DNA from: Candidatus Gastranaerophilales bacterium
GTDB taxonomy: Bacteria > Cyanobacteriota > Vampirovibrionia > Gastranaerophilales > JAILCC01
Length of the DNA stretch: 64,000 bases
Assembly (NCBI GenBank): GCA_045598245.1
Contig: JAZLLQ010000020.1
Location: 13,772-77,771 of the forward strand
Direction: 5' to 3'
Shown here piece by piece: positions 10,558 to 20,584 of the stretch (positions within the stretch are counted from its first letter, which is position 1; each line of letters starts with the position of its first letter). The position numbers were made by a program, and so were the translations under genes. Below the pieces are notes generated by a model. The model saw only the letters and a list, made by a program, of their open reading frames with translations. It made no database searches and was not told the DNA's origin.

Positions 10558-11001
10558 ATGAGTAATAATATTTACAATTTTGCAAATAATCCAAGTATGC
10601 CGGAGAAGGTCTTATCTGCTCTGGCATATTTGACATTTGGCACGTTGGGAATCGTGTTGTTAATCGCATCAGGGATTATGAAAACAGGGTTGAAACCTTT
10701 TGTAAAATTCAATGTTTACCAGTCTATATTGTGTGGTGTAATTTTCTTTGTTCTGCAAATTACGTATGATTTAATTGACGGAATATTTCAGTTTTTGCAA
10801 ATTATACCCTTTTTAGGTAAATTGCTATACAGTATTTTTCAGTTTTTTGTATATTATTTAATGAGTTTTCCGATTTTATTCGGTTTTTCATTGCTATCAT
10901 CCGCTATAATTTTATTGATTTTATATCTGTCAATATATACTATAATTGGTAAAATGCCTTATATTCCCGTGATTTCTCCATCTATAAAAAGGTTTATATA
11001 A
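10558..11001 (+). CDS. Tic20/DUF4870-like membrane protein
   Basis: EKVLSALAYL...PFVKFNVYQS pattern with 3-4 TM helices. Confidence 0.55.
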   Translation: MSNNIYNFANNPSMPEKVLSALAYLTFGTLGIVLLIASGIMKTGLKPFVKFNVYQSILCGVIFFVLQITYDLIDGIFQFLQIIPFLGKLLYSIFQFFVYYLMSFPILFGFSLLSSAIILLILYLSIYTIIGKMPYIPVISPSIKRFI

Positions 11002-11003
11002 AA

Positions 11004-11585
11004 ATGATTTTGCTTGCAGGCTTGGGTAATTATCCTAAGGAATATGAGTTGACGCGGCACAATGTTGGTTTTATGTGTGTGGATAATTTCGCACACAAAT
11101 ATTCTTCTGAATTTAAAACTGAGCCAAAGTTCAAAGCTGATGTAGCAACTTGTATTGTTAATTCTGAAAAAATCATTTTATTAAAGCCTTTGACATTTAT
11201 GAACTTATCAGGTGAAGCTATACAAAAAGTTTGTGCTTTTTATAAAATATTACCCGAAAATACCTTAATTATATATGATGATATTACATTAGATTTAGGT
11301 AAATTCCGTTGGCGTGGGAGTGGTTCTGATGGAGGGCATAACGGTATAAAGTCGATTATTAACTTGATGGGGACTAATAAATTTCCAAGATTGAAAGTTG
11401 GAATAGGACCGCAGCCTCAGTTTATGAAATCGGAAAATTTTGTGTTACAAAGGTTTTCTGATGAGCAAATTCCTTTATTAAATAAAGTTATTTTGAAATC
11501 AACAGATGCCATAGAAGATTATTTATCAACAGATATCAATAGTGTTCAAAATAAATATAACGGTTTAGATTTAGCTGATATATAA
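11004..11585 (+). CDS. pth: Peptidyl-tRNA hydrolase
   Basis: GLGN, TRHNVGF, KPLTFMNLSG, GGHNGIKS. Confidence 0.97.
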   Translation: MILLAGLGNYPKEYELTRHNVGFMCVDNFAHKYSSEFKTEPKFKADVATCIVNSEKIILLKPLTFMNLSGEAIQKVCAFYKILPENTLIIYDDITLDLGKFRWRGSGSDGGHNGIKSIINLMGTNKFPRLKVGIGPQPQFMKSENFVLQRFSDEQIPLLNKVILKSTDAIEDYLSTDINSVQNKYNGLDLADI

Positions 11586-11587
11586 AA

Positions 11588-11803
11588 TTATTGGTTTTGT
11601 TGTTTTAGTGGAACTACCAACTTTAAGTGACGTTCGAATTTTTGGTAGAAACCACAATTTGACACGCACAGACTGTCTTCAATAAATACAACACCCTGCG
11701 CCAATGCTTGAACCAAAGGGCAAGCTACGCCTTTTTGCAAGTTCGCACATGTAATACATTGGTCATCTTCTTCAATACAAATATTTCCGTTTTCGTAGTA
11801 CAT
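11588..11803 (-). CDS. Small Cys-rich hypothetical protein
   Basis: 71 aa with six Cys including CITC; 3 bp downstream of the preceding minus-strand gene. Confidence 0.7.
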   Translation of the reverse strand: MYYENGNICIEEDDQCITCANLQKGVACPLVQALAQGVVFIEDSLCVSNCGFYQKFERHLKLVVPLKQQNQ

Positions 11804-11806
11804 AAT

Positions 11807-14431
11807 TTATAACCTGATTATTATTTTAGCAGTATATTCCGGTGTTGTTAAATTCAATGATGGCATCTTGATGTAGTTCAAAGTGTCTTTAACAGACTTA
11901 ACAATTATATCATCAATTTGATTGGAGCCGCTGGACGTATCCATTTGAATTTTTGCAATAGAACCATCTTTTCTGTATGTAACCGCAACGGAAACATTCT
12001 CTTTGAAACTTGGTTCTGTTGCAGAAAGCAAATCTTGAGAAAGAGAATTTTTAACAGATTTGCCGGCAATTGTCAGATAGCGTTTGACTTCAGGATTTTG
12101 AAGTAAAGTTTCAGATGCTTGCCAAGAAAGTTTAGAAATTCTCACTCCGTTAAAATCTTTTGTCAGTGCAGTTGCAATAGCATCATTTAAATGTTTTGGT
12201 TTTGGCGGTTCTACTGTTGTGCCGCTTGGAGCTCCGGGAAGTTGAGGTGCTTTATCAACAGAAGGAACATTGTCCTCATCCGTAGGAGCTTTAGCTGTTT
12301 CGGCAGTTGCGGTTGGAGGTGGTGCTACTCCCTCTGTTTTTTCTGTTGAAGGTGTAGATGTATCACTTGTCCCATTTGCTTGTAGTTGAGTTGCATCAAT
12401 CGGAGCAGGAACAGGTTCTGCAACCTCTTCCTCAATGTTACTTACTTGTTGTTGTCCGGACGGGAGAAGTGCCATAATGTCGTCTTTTTTATAAACACCA
12501 ACCGCAAGAAGTGTAAAGACTAATGCCAATATAAATACAGGACTTGTGCCTTTTTTCTCGTTAGTCTGTTGTTGTTGATTATATTGTTGTTGCTGATTAT
12601 ATTGTGGTTGTTGATTATATTGCTGTTGCTGTGTATATTGTGTTTGTTGTTGTTGAGGAGAAAATTGGTTAAATGCATTCTGCGCAATATCTTGTTGTAT
12701 GTTATTAGTCTGCATTTGGGGTTGATTATTCATTTCCTGTTGATTGGGAATCATACCGTTTATAGTATTTTGCGGTGCTTGTGGCTGCATTTGTACAGGT
12801 TGCTGCGGAACAGTTTGTTGCTGTTGGTATGATTGAGCTTGGGGTTGTGTGTACTCTTGCGAAGTAACTTGAGATGCTTCTTGCTGCGTAGTTTCATCTG
12901 CCATCTCTGATAAAAATGCAAATAAATCTTCGCCTTCTGCATCAGCCTGCATTTGTTCTTCGGTAATGTTTTCTTGAGGAGCGGTTGTCGTTTCTCCATA
13001 GGATGGAGCATTTTCTTCCATTTCATCAATAAAGCCGAAAGCATCTTCTTCAGAATCTACAGCGATATCGAGTAAATCGGCATCTGAATTGACTTCTTCT
13101 GTATTTTCAAAATTTACAGGTTCTTCAATTTGTTCAGTTTGTGGTGCAATTTCGTCATCCTGATGATATTTTGTTGTTTGAATTCTCTCAATTACTTCTT
13201 CTTCCGCATCACCTCTTAAATTCATTTCAAAATTATCATCAAGTTCTGTTGCTGCTAAATCAACGATATTATTTTCGTCATCGGTGTTATCTGAAGGAAT
13301 ATCCAAATTCTGTTGATATTCGACTTGAGAATTTTCTTGTATTTCAACTGAAGATTCGTCAATAATAATTTCTTCTTCCGATGCTGTTTCATGTTGCTCT
13401 TCTTGTTCTCCGTTTTCTTGGTTGTTTTCATTTTCATTTTCTAAAAATTCTTCCTGAAGTGATAGCGTTTCAGGGTTTTCTTCTTGTAAAGACAACGGTT
13501 CAAGTGACAATTCCAGAATCTTTTCTCCTTGAGCATTTTGATTTATCGGATTTTGTATTGCAGGAATCATGTAATCGTTTTGTAAATCTTGAATTTCATT
13601 TTCTGTAATATCTTCTTCATATTCGTCTTCAAATATTTCATTTTGTTCTGCCGATTCGATAAAGTTTTCGGCGTTATATCTTGATATAGCTTTATCCATC
13701 AGGTAATCCGAGCGTGTGGGTATATCAATTCGTCTTTCTTTATCAAACGGGTCTTCAATTTTTATTTTTGGATTTCTTGCAATCATTTTGAAGTTTGAAT
13801 TTACTGAGTAGAAAATTTTAAAGTTTCTTCTTACTTCTTTATTTTGCAGCATGTGTTTTAAGAAGAATCTTTTGCCTTCCTCTGATAAGTCGTTGTCAAC
13901 ATAGGCTAAAATCAACTCTTTTGTTGTGTTAATGATATTCGGTTGATGTCCTGATTTTTCCGGTTTTAATTTTACAAGAGCATCAATTAAATTGTCAGAC
14001 GAATTCAAATCTTCTTTTTTTATTTCAAGGTTTTTAAAATTAAAATCAGTTGTAAAGCCGATTATTTCCATTTTTGTTAAGTTTTTTGTAAAGTTCACAA
14101 ACAGGAACATATCAGGTTTGTAGTAATATTGCTTATAAACAGATGGAATATAGACTTTTTCATTTTTAGCTTTATCTACGGTTGCAATTATGTGAACAGC
14201 CAAAGAATTTATTTCAAAATCAATAACTTCAAGGTCTTCATTAACCATTGGCAGCGTGTACAATGAATATGTGTTTTCTGCAACCATATCATCGTAATCT
14301 AAATATTTATCAAGAGCTTTTTTTGTTAATTCTGCTATATAATAACGTCTTTGAGTCAATCCGTCAGTAACAGGTTTTAGTGTGCTGACTTCTATTTGGC
14401 GTTCTTGCTTTTTTAAATCTACTACAGTCAT
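11807..14431 (-). CDS. Large membrane protein: N-terminal globular domain, acidic/Gln-rich linker, single TM, C-terminal TonB_C-like domain
   Basis: TM FILALVFTLLAVGVY; C-terminal VTYRKDGSI...TSSGSNQIDD resembles TonB_C; QQYNQQ repeats. Confidence 0.7.
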   Translation of the reverse strand: MTVVDLKKQERQIEVSTLKPVTDGLTQRRYYIAELTKKALDKYLDYDDMVAENTYSLYTLPMVNEDLEVIDFEINSLAVHIIATVDKAKNEKVYIPSVYKQYYYKPDMFLFVNFTKNLTKMEIIGFTTDFNFKNLEIKKEDLNSSDNLIDALVKLKPEKSGHQPNIINTTKELILAYVDNDLSEEGKRFFLKHMLQNKEVRRNFKIFYSVNSNFKMIARNPKIKIEDPFDKERRIDIPTRSDYLMDKAISRYNAENFIESAEQNEIFEDEYEEDITENEIQDLQNDYMIPAIQNPINQNAQGEKILELSLEPLSLQEENPETLSLQEEFLENENENNQENGEQEEQHETASEEEIIIDESSVEIQENSQVEYQQNLDIPSDNTDDENNIVDLAATELDDNFEMNLRGDAEEEVIERIQTTKYHQDDEIAPQTEQIEEPVNFENTEEVNSDADLLDIAVDSEEDAFGFIDEMEENAPSYGETTTAPQENITEEQMQADAEGEDLFAFLSEMADETTQQEASQVTSQEYTQPQAQSYQQQQTVPQQPVQMQPQAPQNTINGMIPNQQEMNNQPQMQTNNIQQDIAQNAFNQFSPQQQQTQYTQQQQYNQQPQYNQQQQYNQQQQTNEKKGTSPVFILALVFTLLAVGVYKKDDIMALLPSGQQQVSNIEEEVAEPVPAPIDATQLQANGTSDTSTPSTEKTEGVAPPPTATAETAKAPTDEDNVPSVDKAPQLPGAPSGTTVEPPKPKHLNDAIATALTKDFNGVRISKLSWQASETLLQNPEVKRYLTIAGKSVKNSLSQDLLSATEPSFKENVSVAVTYRKDGSIAKIQMDTSSGSNQIDDIIVKSVKDTLNYIKMPSLNLTTPEYTAKIIIRL

Positions 14432-14583
14432 GCTGTTTCCTCTCCAAATTAATTTATCCTATATCTATATAGAGAGCAAACAAAAAAAAATATTCCAAAA
14501 AATTTAAAATATACATGAAACAATGTATATTATTTTGCGGATTACTTTTGTGACAGAAATACCCTTAGTCTTAGCAGGATAAT

Positions 14584-14612
14584 AAAAAAGGTGCAAAAAC
14601 TGCACCTTTTTT
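14584..14612. terminator. Bidirectional hairpin terminator
   Basis: aaaaaggtgca-aaaac-tgcaccttttt. Confidence 0.75.
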
Positions 14613-14640
14613 ATCATTTTTTATTGTGAAATGTATGTTA

Positions 14641-17256
14641 TTAGTTTATTCCCAACACATCATCAATGAGCCATTTCCAGAAATCTTCAAAAATATTATG
14701 ACCTTCAAAATTCTTATAATCACCGTCATAGTTTTTTCTTATTTCTTGGGCTTTATTCTTAAATGAATTTATTTCGTCATCTGATATTTTTCTAACTGTA
14801 CCACCGCCTGTAATAGTTCCTCCTCGAGGATATTCTGTAACTCCATTATTAACAATAGAATCACCGTCATCACCGCCACCTGTTATACTTGGGACAATAC
14901 CGTTGTTAATAATTTTATCTGTTCCGTTACCACCATTTATGTGTCCCCCAATAACACCATTGTTTGTAATAACATCATCCCCGCCTTCTCCGGCAATAAA
15001 GTTGCTAATAACTCCGGTTGCTTCATTTGTTATTTTATCATTACCTTGATTACCCCAGATAACATTGACATCACCAAAGTTTTGTACGATGTCATCCCCG
15101 TGACCTGCATCAATAGTACCGATACTACCCTTGTTAATCATAGTATCATCACCATTTCCACCGTTGAAAGAATCTGCAATGCCTTTTTCAGTATTAAGCA
15201 TTGTATCATTGCCGTCACCGCCACTGAGATATCCTGTTGTACCGTTGTTTGTGATATTGTCATCACCTTTATCACCGCTAAGATGATTTTCTACTGTGCC
15301 GTTATTTGTAATATTATCGTTGCCATCACCTGCATTAATTTCATATACTTTACCATTATTGATTATAGTATCATTACCGTTACCTGTTCTAATATCATAT
15401 CCGAGAGTACCATTGTTAATAATGGTATCATCACCATCCCAACCGGATACACGATACATTGTTACACCTTCATCAATTACGATAGTATCATTACCGCTTC
15501 CTGCCAATAGCTTAAAATCAGGGTATTTACATTCTTTTATTTCAATATTTAAATCCTCGGAAGTTGAAAAATCTATTGAAGAACATATACCGGTACAGTC
15601 TTCTGATATATATATATTTATTTTTCCAGTTTCCTCAACCACAAGTTTACCTTTAGTATCATGACCTACTTCAAATTTGATTTCTTTGCCGTTAACCATT
15701 ATTGATTTAAGTGAACTGCTTAACTCATACGTTGTTCCCTCAGGTATAACAGGGTCGGGAGTTACCGGAACAACGGGGTCAACAGGGTCAACCGGGTCAA
15801 CTGGATCAATTGGAGTTACTCCTTTTTGTTCAACACCATTTACATAATTTTTACCTTCAAATGTGCCTGTTCCGAGAACACCTTCTTTATAATAAATACC
15901 ATCTTTACCAATACCGGTTAATAAGTTCGTTTTTTTGCTGTCTGTGTATGCTAAGCCGTTTTTGTAAACTACGCCATTTTTTGTACCTGTATACAATTTG
16001 CCCGAATTATAAAATTTGCCGTCATCTTCATTTGCACCGCTTAATTTTGTACCGTCTTTATATGTATAACCGTTATATGTAGCGATGCCGGTAGATTTGT
16101 CACCGTTTACGTATAAAGTGTTGCTGTATAAAACCGTACCTGTTGCTTTTGTACCGTTTACATATAAAGTGTTGTCAAAAACAGTTTTGCCTGTTGATTT
16201 TCTGCCGTTTTCATATAATGTATCTTCAAATACGATATTTCCTGTAGCTTTTTTACCTTCTACATACAGTACATTATCAAATACTTGGTTTCCTGTAGCC
16301 TTATCGCCATTTACATATAAAGTGCTGCTGTAAAGAACTGTGCCGGTTGCTTTTACTCCGTTTGAATATAAGCTGTTGTTATAAACAGTTTTGCCTGTTG
16401 ATTTTCTGCCATTTACATACAATGTATCTTCAAAGACAACGTTCCCTGTTGCTTTTTTACCATCCTGATACAAATAACCTTCATGGACTACACTGCCTTT
16501 TGCGATATCACCGTCAACATATAAAGTGCTGCTGTATACAATTGTACCTGTTGCTTTTGTACCATTTACGTATAAGCAGTTGTTGAATGCTACTTTTCCC
16601 GTTGATTTTCTTCCGTTTGTGTATAAAGTATCTTCAAACAGAACTGTTCCTGTTGCTTTTTTCCCGTCCTTATATAAATAACCGTCATAAGATACATTGC
16701 CTTTAGCAATATCTCCATCTACGTATAAAGTGCTGCTGTAAAGAACTGTACCTTTAGCTTTTTCGCCATTTATATATAGAGTATTTTCATAAACAGCTTT
16801 CCCCGAATGTTTTACACCGTTTCTGTAGTATGTATCTTCATAGACACCTGTACCCAATTTCCCGTCAGCATAATATTTATCGTTAAACATACCTGTATAT
16901 TTTTCTGATTTAACGGATTTCTCTACCGTAGTTTTCATTGATTTCTTTTGATTTGCCATAAATTCTTTTTCTGCATCAGAGATTTTACCGTCACCGTCTA
17001 AATCAACATCGTCAGAAAGCATTAACCAATCGGCAATATTTGTATTGCCGTCACCATTCAAATCAAACGGATTATTTTTTTGGATGTTTTGGATTTCGTT
17101 ATTGATAATCGTTTTGTCTTTAGAATCTATTTTACCGTCACCGTTGGCATCTGCTAATTTCTTTTGCTCTTCTGTTCTTTTAGATGAATTTGTATTATAT
17201 GCCAATAATCTTTGTTGTGAATTAAATAAATTTGATAATTGAGTATAATCAGCCAT
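14641..17256 (-). CDS. Repetitive Ca-binding extracellular protein (EF-hand/dockerin-like loops, 17-aa repeats, RTX-like repeats)
   Basis: DANGDGKID, DLNGDGNTN and DLDGDGKIS loops; about 16 Yx[ND]GxKATG repeats; (DPV)n linker; G[DN]G[DN]Dx[IL]xNxG repeats. Confidence 0.85.
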   Translation of the reverse strand: MADYTQLSNLFNSQQRLLAYNTNSSKRTEEQKKLADANGDGKIDSKDKTIINNEIQNIQKNNPFDLNGDGNTNIADWLMLSDDVDLDGDGKISDAEKEFMANQKKSMKTTVEKSVKSEKYTGMFNDKYYADGKLGTGVYEDTYYRNGVKHSGKAVYENTLYINGEKAKGTVLYSSTLYVDGDIAKGNVSYDGYLYKDGKKATGTVLFEDTLYTNGRKSTGKVAFNNCLYVNGTKATGTIVYSSTLYVDGDIAKGSVVHEGYLYQDGKKATGNVVFEDTLYVNGRKSTGKTVYNNSLYSNGVKATGTVLYSSTLYVNGDKATGNQVFDNVLYVEGKKATGNIVFEDTLYENGRKSTGKTVFDNTLYVNGTKATGTVLYSNTLYVNGDKSTGIATYNGYTYKDGTKLSGANEDDGKFYNSGKLYTGTKNGVVYKNGLAYTDSKKTNLLTGIGKDGIYYKEGVLGTGTFEGKNYVNGVEQKGVTPIDPVDPVDPVDPVVPVTPDPVIPEGTTYELSSSLKSIMVNGKEIKFEVGHDTKGKLVVEETGKINIYISEDCTGICSSIDFSTSEDLNIEIKECKYPDFKLLAGSGNDTIVIDEGVTMYRVSGWDGDDTIINNGTLGYDIRTGNGNDTIINNGKVYEINAGDGNDNITNNGTVENHLSGDKGDDNITNNGTTGYLSGGDGNDTMLNTEKGIADSFNGGNGDDTMINKGSIGTIDAGHGDDIVQNFGDVNVIWGNQGNDKITNEATGVISNFIAGEGGDDVITNNGVIGGHINGGNGTDKIINNGIVPSITGGGDDGDSIVNNGVTEYPRGGTITGGGTVRKISDDEINSFKNKAQEIRKNYDGDYKNFEGHNIFEDFWKWLIDDVLGIN

Positions 17257-17292
17257 CTCTTATTTCTCCAATAAAACTACACACTGCTTTTT

Positions 17293-17319
17293 TTATCGGC
17301 AGATTTTTTTTTAACTTTA
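17293..17319 (-). promoter_or_regulatory. Sigma28 (FliA) promoter
   Basis: Minus strand TAAAGTTA-N11-GCCGATAA. Confidence 0.85.
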
Positions 17320-17517
17320 GTTTTTTTAGTAAAATTTATTAAAAATGTTACAATTCTTAATGCCGTATGATTTCTTATGTGTATATTAAGATTTCTTTAC
17401 AGTGTTATATCCTGTATTGTCTATGTTAAAACTGTGTGTTATAATACAAAATTAATGAGTAATCCCGAATGGTCTTTATTTGTTAGATGTCTAGCGTATA
17501 GAAGGAGATATTAAAAA

Positions 17518-18003
17518 ATGACAGTAGTTTCACCTGTATTATCTGTACTTTCACCAACTCCTAACGAAAGTATAAAGAACGCAATTATGGCTATGACCCC
17601 CAAAGCAGAAAAATCCGAAATTGTTTCTAAATTAATTAATGACAAAGATGGTAAAGAAATAAAAGCAATGGCGGAAATGTTTAAAGTAAAAGAAATTCCG
17701 ACTGTAAAAGCAGGTTTTACATCGTCAGTTATTCCTTATGATGTATATGAATCTTCCGGTGCTAAGACTATTGAACCTAAGGCATATAAAAATGCGAAAT
17801 TCATGAAGATGTTTGAATCTATGACTCCTCCAAAAACAGAAGTTACTGATGCACCTCCTAAAGCAGCAAAAGGTTTGTGGAATTCGATAAAGAAACATCC
17901 ATTCGTTTCAACAGTTGTTGCTTTGGCTGCCGTTGGCGGCGGAATTTGGGCTTGTACACGTGACAAGGAAGAAAAACCTGATGAATTGCAAGAAGCAGCA
18001 TAG
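17518..18003 (+). CDS. Hypothetical protein with C-terminal hydrophobic anchor
   Basis: AAGGAG RBS, C-terminal TM, terminator at 18021-18050. Confidence 0.75.
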   Translation: MTVVSPVLSVLSPTPNESIKNAIMAMTPKAEKSEIVSKLINDKDGKEIKAMAEMFKVKEIPTVKAGFTSSVIPYDVYESSGAKTIEPKAYKNAKFMKMFESMTPPKTEVTDAPPKAAKGLWNSIKKHPFVSTVVALAAVGGGIWACTRDKEEKPDELQEAA

Positions 18004-18100
18004 TTGCTGATGTTATATTAAAAAAAGAGGTGCAACGCACCTCTTTTTTTGTACCCGTTAGGGGAATGTTTATCATTGTTTATACTGATAAATTATAGTT

Positions 18101-18490
18101 ATGAAAAATATGAATTGGTTTCACACTTTAAATAAACCCTTATTTACCCCGCCTGATTATATTTTTACTCCTATGTGGGTAATATTGTATATATTGATAT
18201 TTGTATCATTCATTCTTTTTCTTAAAACAGGAAATATACAAAATAAAAAATTTGCTTTAACTGTGTTTATTATTCAATTGCTTTTAAATTTTGTTTGGTC
18301 GCCGTCATTTTTTTATATGCAAAATATATGGCTTGCGTTTGTAATAATAATTTTAATGTGGATATTTATAGCTTTAAATATATTTTTATTTTTTAAATAT
18401 TCAAAGATTGCCGCATTTCTGCTGATACCTTATTTTTTATGGGTTAGTTTTGCGGCTTACCTGAATTTTGGATATATGATTTTAAATTGA
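18101..18490 (+). CDS. tspO: TspO/MBR family tryptophan-rich sensory protein
   Basis: WFHTLNKP...PP...F.PMW, LLNFVWSPSFF, LLIPYFLWVSFA.YLN. Confidence 0.92.
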   Translation: MKNMNWFHTLNKPLFTPPDYIFTPMWVILYILIFVSFILFLKTGNIQNKKFALTVFIIQLLLNFVWSPSFFYMQNIWLAFVIIILMWIFIALNIFLFFKYSKIAAFLLIPYFLWVSFAAYLNFGYMILN

Positions 18491-18560
18491 AAATTTGCTA
18501 AAAACCTTTTATTTGTTTTAAAATATAGATAAATAACAGTAATTTAGCAGGAGATTATTA

Positions 18561-19952
18561 ATGAAAATTTTTAATTCATATTCTCAATCTTTGGAAGAAT
18601 TTGTTCCTTTGAATGATAATAATGTGTTGATGTACGTTTGCGGTCCTACGGTTTATGACGTGCCGCATCTTGGACATGCCCGTTGTTATATAACATGGGA
18701 TGTTGTATACAGATATTTAAAATTTAAAGGTTTCAATGTTAAGTATGCCAGAAATTTGACTGATGTTGATGATAAAATTATTAATAAAGCTAAGGCAAAT
18801 AATCTCCAACCGAGAGATATTTCGACAAAATATACGGAAAAATTTCATGAAGCAATGAAGGCTTTGAATTTGTTGTCACCTGATATTGAGCCTAAAGCCA
18901 CGGAAAATATTGATGAAATGCTAAAACTCATAGGTGAACTTGTTGAAAAAGGTTACGCTTATGAAAGTCAAGGCGATGTATATTTTGAAGTTGATAAATT
19001 TTCAAGATACGGAATGTTATCAAAACAAAGTATAAAAGATTTAGAAGCAGGGGCAAGGGTTGAAACTTCCGATATAAAGAAAAATCTTTTGGATTTTGCG
19101 TTATGGAAAAAAACTAAGGACGAAAATGAAATTTCATGGGACAGCCCTTACGGGAAAGGTCGCCCCGGATGGCATATCGAGTGTTCCGCAATGTCAAGAA
19201 AGTATTTGGGAACTACTATTGATATTCACGCCGGTGGTGCAGATTTGCAGTTCCCTCATCATGAAAATGAAATAGCACAATCCGAATGTGCATCAGGTCA
19301 GCAATTTGCAAAGTATTGGCTGCATAATGGTTTTGTGACTATTAATAATGAAAAGCTGTCTAAATCTTTAGGTAATTTTACGTCAATTGAAAAACTCCTT
19401 GAAACTTATGATGTTAATACAATAAAATTATTCATATTGACTAATCATTATCGTCAGCCGGTTGAATTTAATGATGTGGCATTATCAAGTGCAAAAGCAG
19501 GTGCACAAAGACTTAAAAATGCTGTTACCGATGTAAAGACGGCTTGTAATATTGATGAAATAATACCTTCTTATGATAAGAATAATCAATATTTTGTTGA
19601 ATTTGAGAAAGCTATGGATGAAGATTTTAATACTTCAAAGGCGTTGTCTATATTGTTTGAACTTGCTAATCTGGCACAGAAAGAGAAAGAAGTTAATTGT
19701 GAAAATGCCAAAAAACTGATTTCAATTCTTCTTGGCATAAGTAATGTTCTCGGTTTTGATTTTACCGAAAAAGAAGCATTAGGCTCTGATTTGACACAAG
19801 GGTTGATGAATTTGATTATTGAAATCAGAAAAATCGCAAGAACTCAGAAAAATTGGGAACTTTCCGACAAAATCCGTGATGATTTGTCTTCATTGGGGAT
19901 TTTATTGAAAGATAACAAAGACGGAAAAACGACTTTCGAAGTTCAAAAATAG
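18561..19952 (+). CDS. cysS: Cysteine--tRNA ligase
   Basis: CGPTVYDVPHLGH, GRPGWHIECSAM, KLSKS. Confidence 0.98.
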   Translation: MKIFNSYSQSLEEFVPLNDNNVLMYVCGPTVYDVPHLGHARCYITWDVVYRYLKFKGFNVKYARNLTDVDDKIINKAKANNLQPRDISTKYTEKFHEAMKALNLLSPDIEPKATENIDEMLKLIGELVEKGYAYESQGDVYFEVDKFSRYGMLSKQSIKDLEAGARVETSDIKKNLLDFALWKKTKDENEISWDSPYGKGRPGWHIECSAMSRKYLGTTIDIHAGGADLQFPHHENEIAQSECASGQQFAKYWLHNGFVTINNEKLSKSLGNFTSIEKLLETYDVNTIKLFILTNHYRQPVEFNDVALSSAKAGAQRLKNAVTDVKTACNIDEIIPSYDKNNQYFVEFEKAMDEDFNTSKALSILFELANLAQKEKEVNCENAKKLISILLGISNVLGFDFTEKEALGSDLTQGLMNLIIEIRKIARTQKNWELSDKIRDDLSSLGILLKDNKDGKTTFEVQK

Positions 19953-20072
19953 TTATTTGTTTGCTTTGTAAACAAATGTAAATAATGAGAAATTTACTAG
20001 CAAAAAAAGTTTGTTTTATGCTTTATAATAAAATTGAGGTAAGTAGTAAACTAACAGAAGGTTGGTGTAAAA

Positions 20073-20438
20073 ATGATTCAAGCTGTTGATAGCAATTCAA
20101 GTTCAGTATTAGGCGGTACAATTGGTGCCGGTGTTGTAGGTGCAGGTGTTTATGGCATATCAGATTTATGCAGACAAAAGTTCCTTTTAGGAAACCCTCT
20201 CGCTGCAAAAGGTCTTGTTAAAGATACATTTAACAAAGCTCTTAAAGCAGAAAGTGCAGGCAAAAAGTATTTAGCAGACGCATTTTTGAATGTTGCTTCT
20301 GATTTGGAAAAAATCGTAAATACAGGCAAAATTAACTGGAAAATGGCAGGAAAAACTGCATTGACCGGCGGACTTTTAATCGGTGGTCTGTATTTGGCAT
20401 ACCGTGGTATTAAAGCATTATTTACCAAAAATAACTAG
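20073..20438 (+). CDS. Hypothetical protein with Gly-rich hydrophobic segments
   Basis: 121-aa ORF, two Gly-zipper-like hydrophobic stretches. Confidence 0.7.
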   Translation: MIQAVDSNSSSVLGGTIGAGVVGAGVYGISDLCRQKFLLGNPLAAKGLVKDTFNKALKAESAGKKYLADAFLNVASDLEKIVNTGKINWKMAGKTALTGGLLIGGLYLAYRGIKALFTKNN

Positions 20439-20584
20439 TACTGAATAAAATATAAATATAGTAAATATCCTCATAGGATTTTACACAAATAAGACAAAAA
20501 AATCATTACCCACTTGTCGAATTGTAAAATGCTAATTTAACTTATAACATGGCATGTGGAAGTATTGAATGGAGGACTTACCTC

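Noticed and set aside
12560-12660. (CAA/CAG)-rich DNA repeats as a non-coding repeat element
   Set aside because: Fully explained by QQYNQQ codons within the 874-aa CDS
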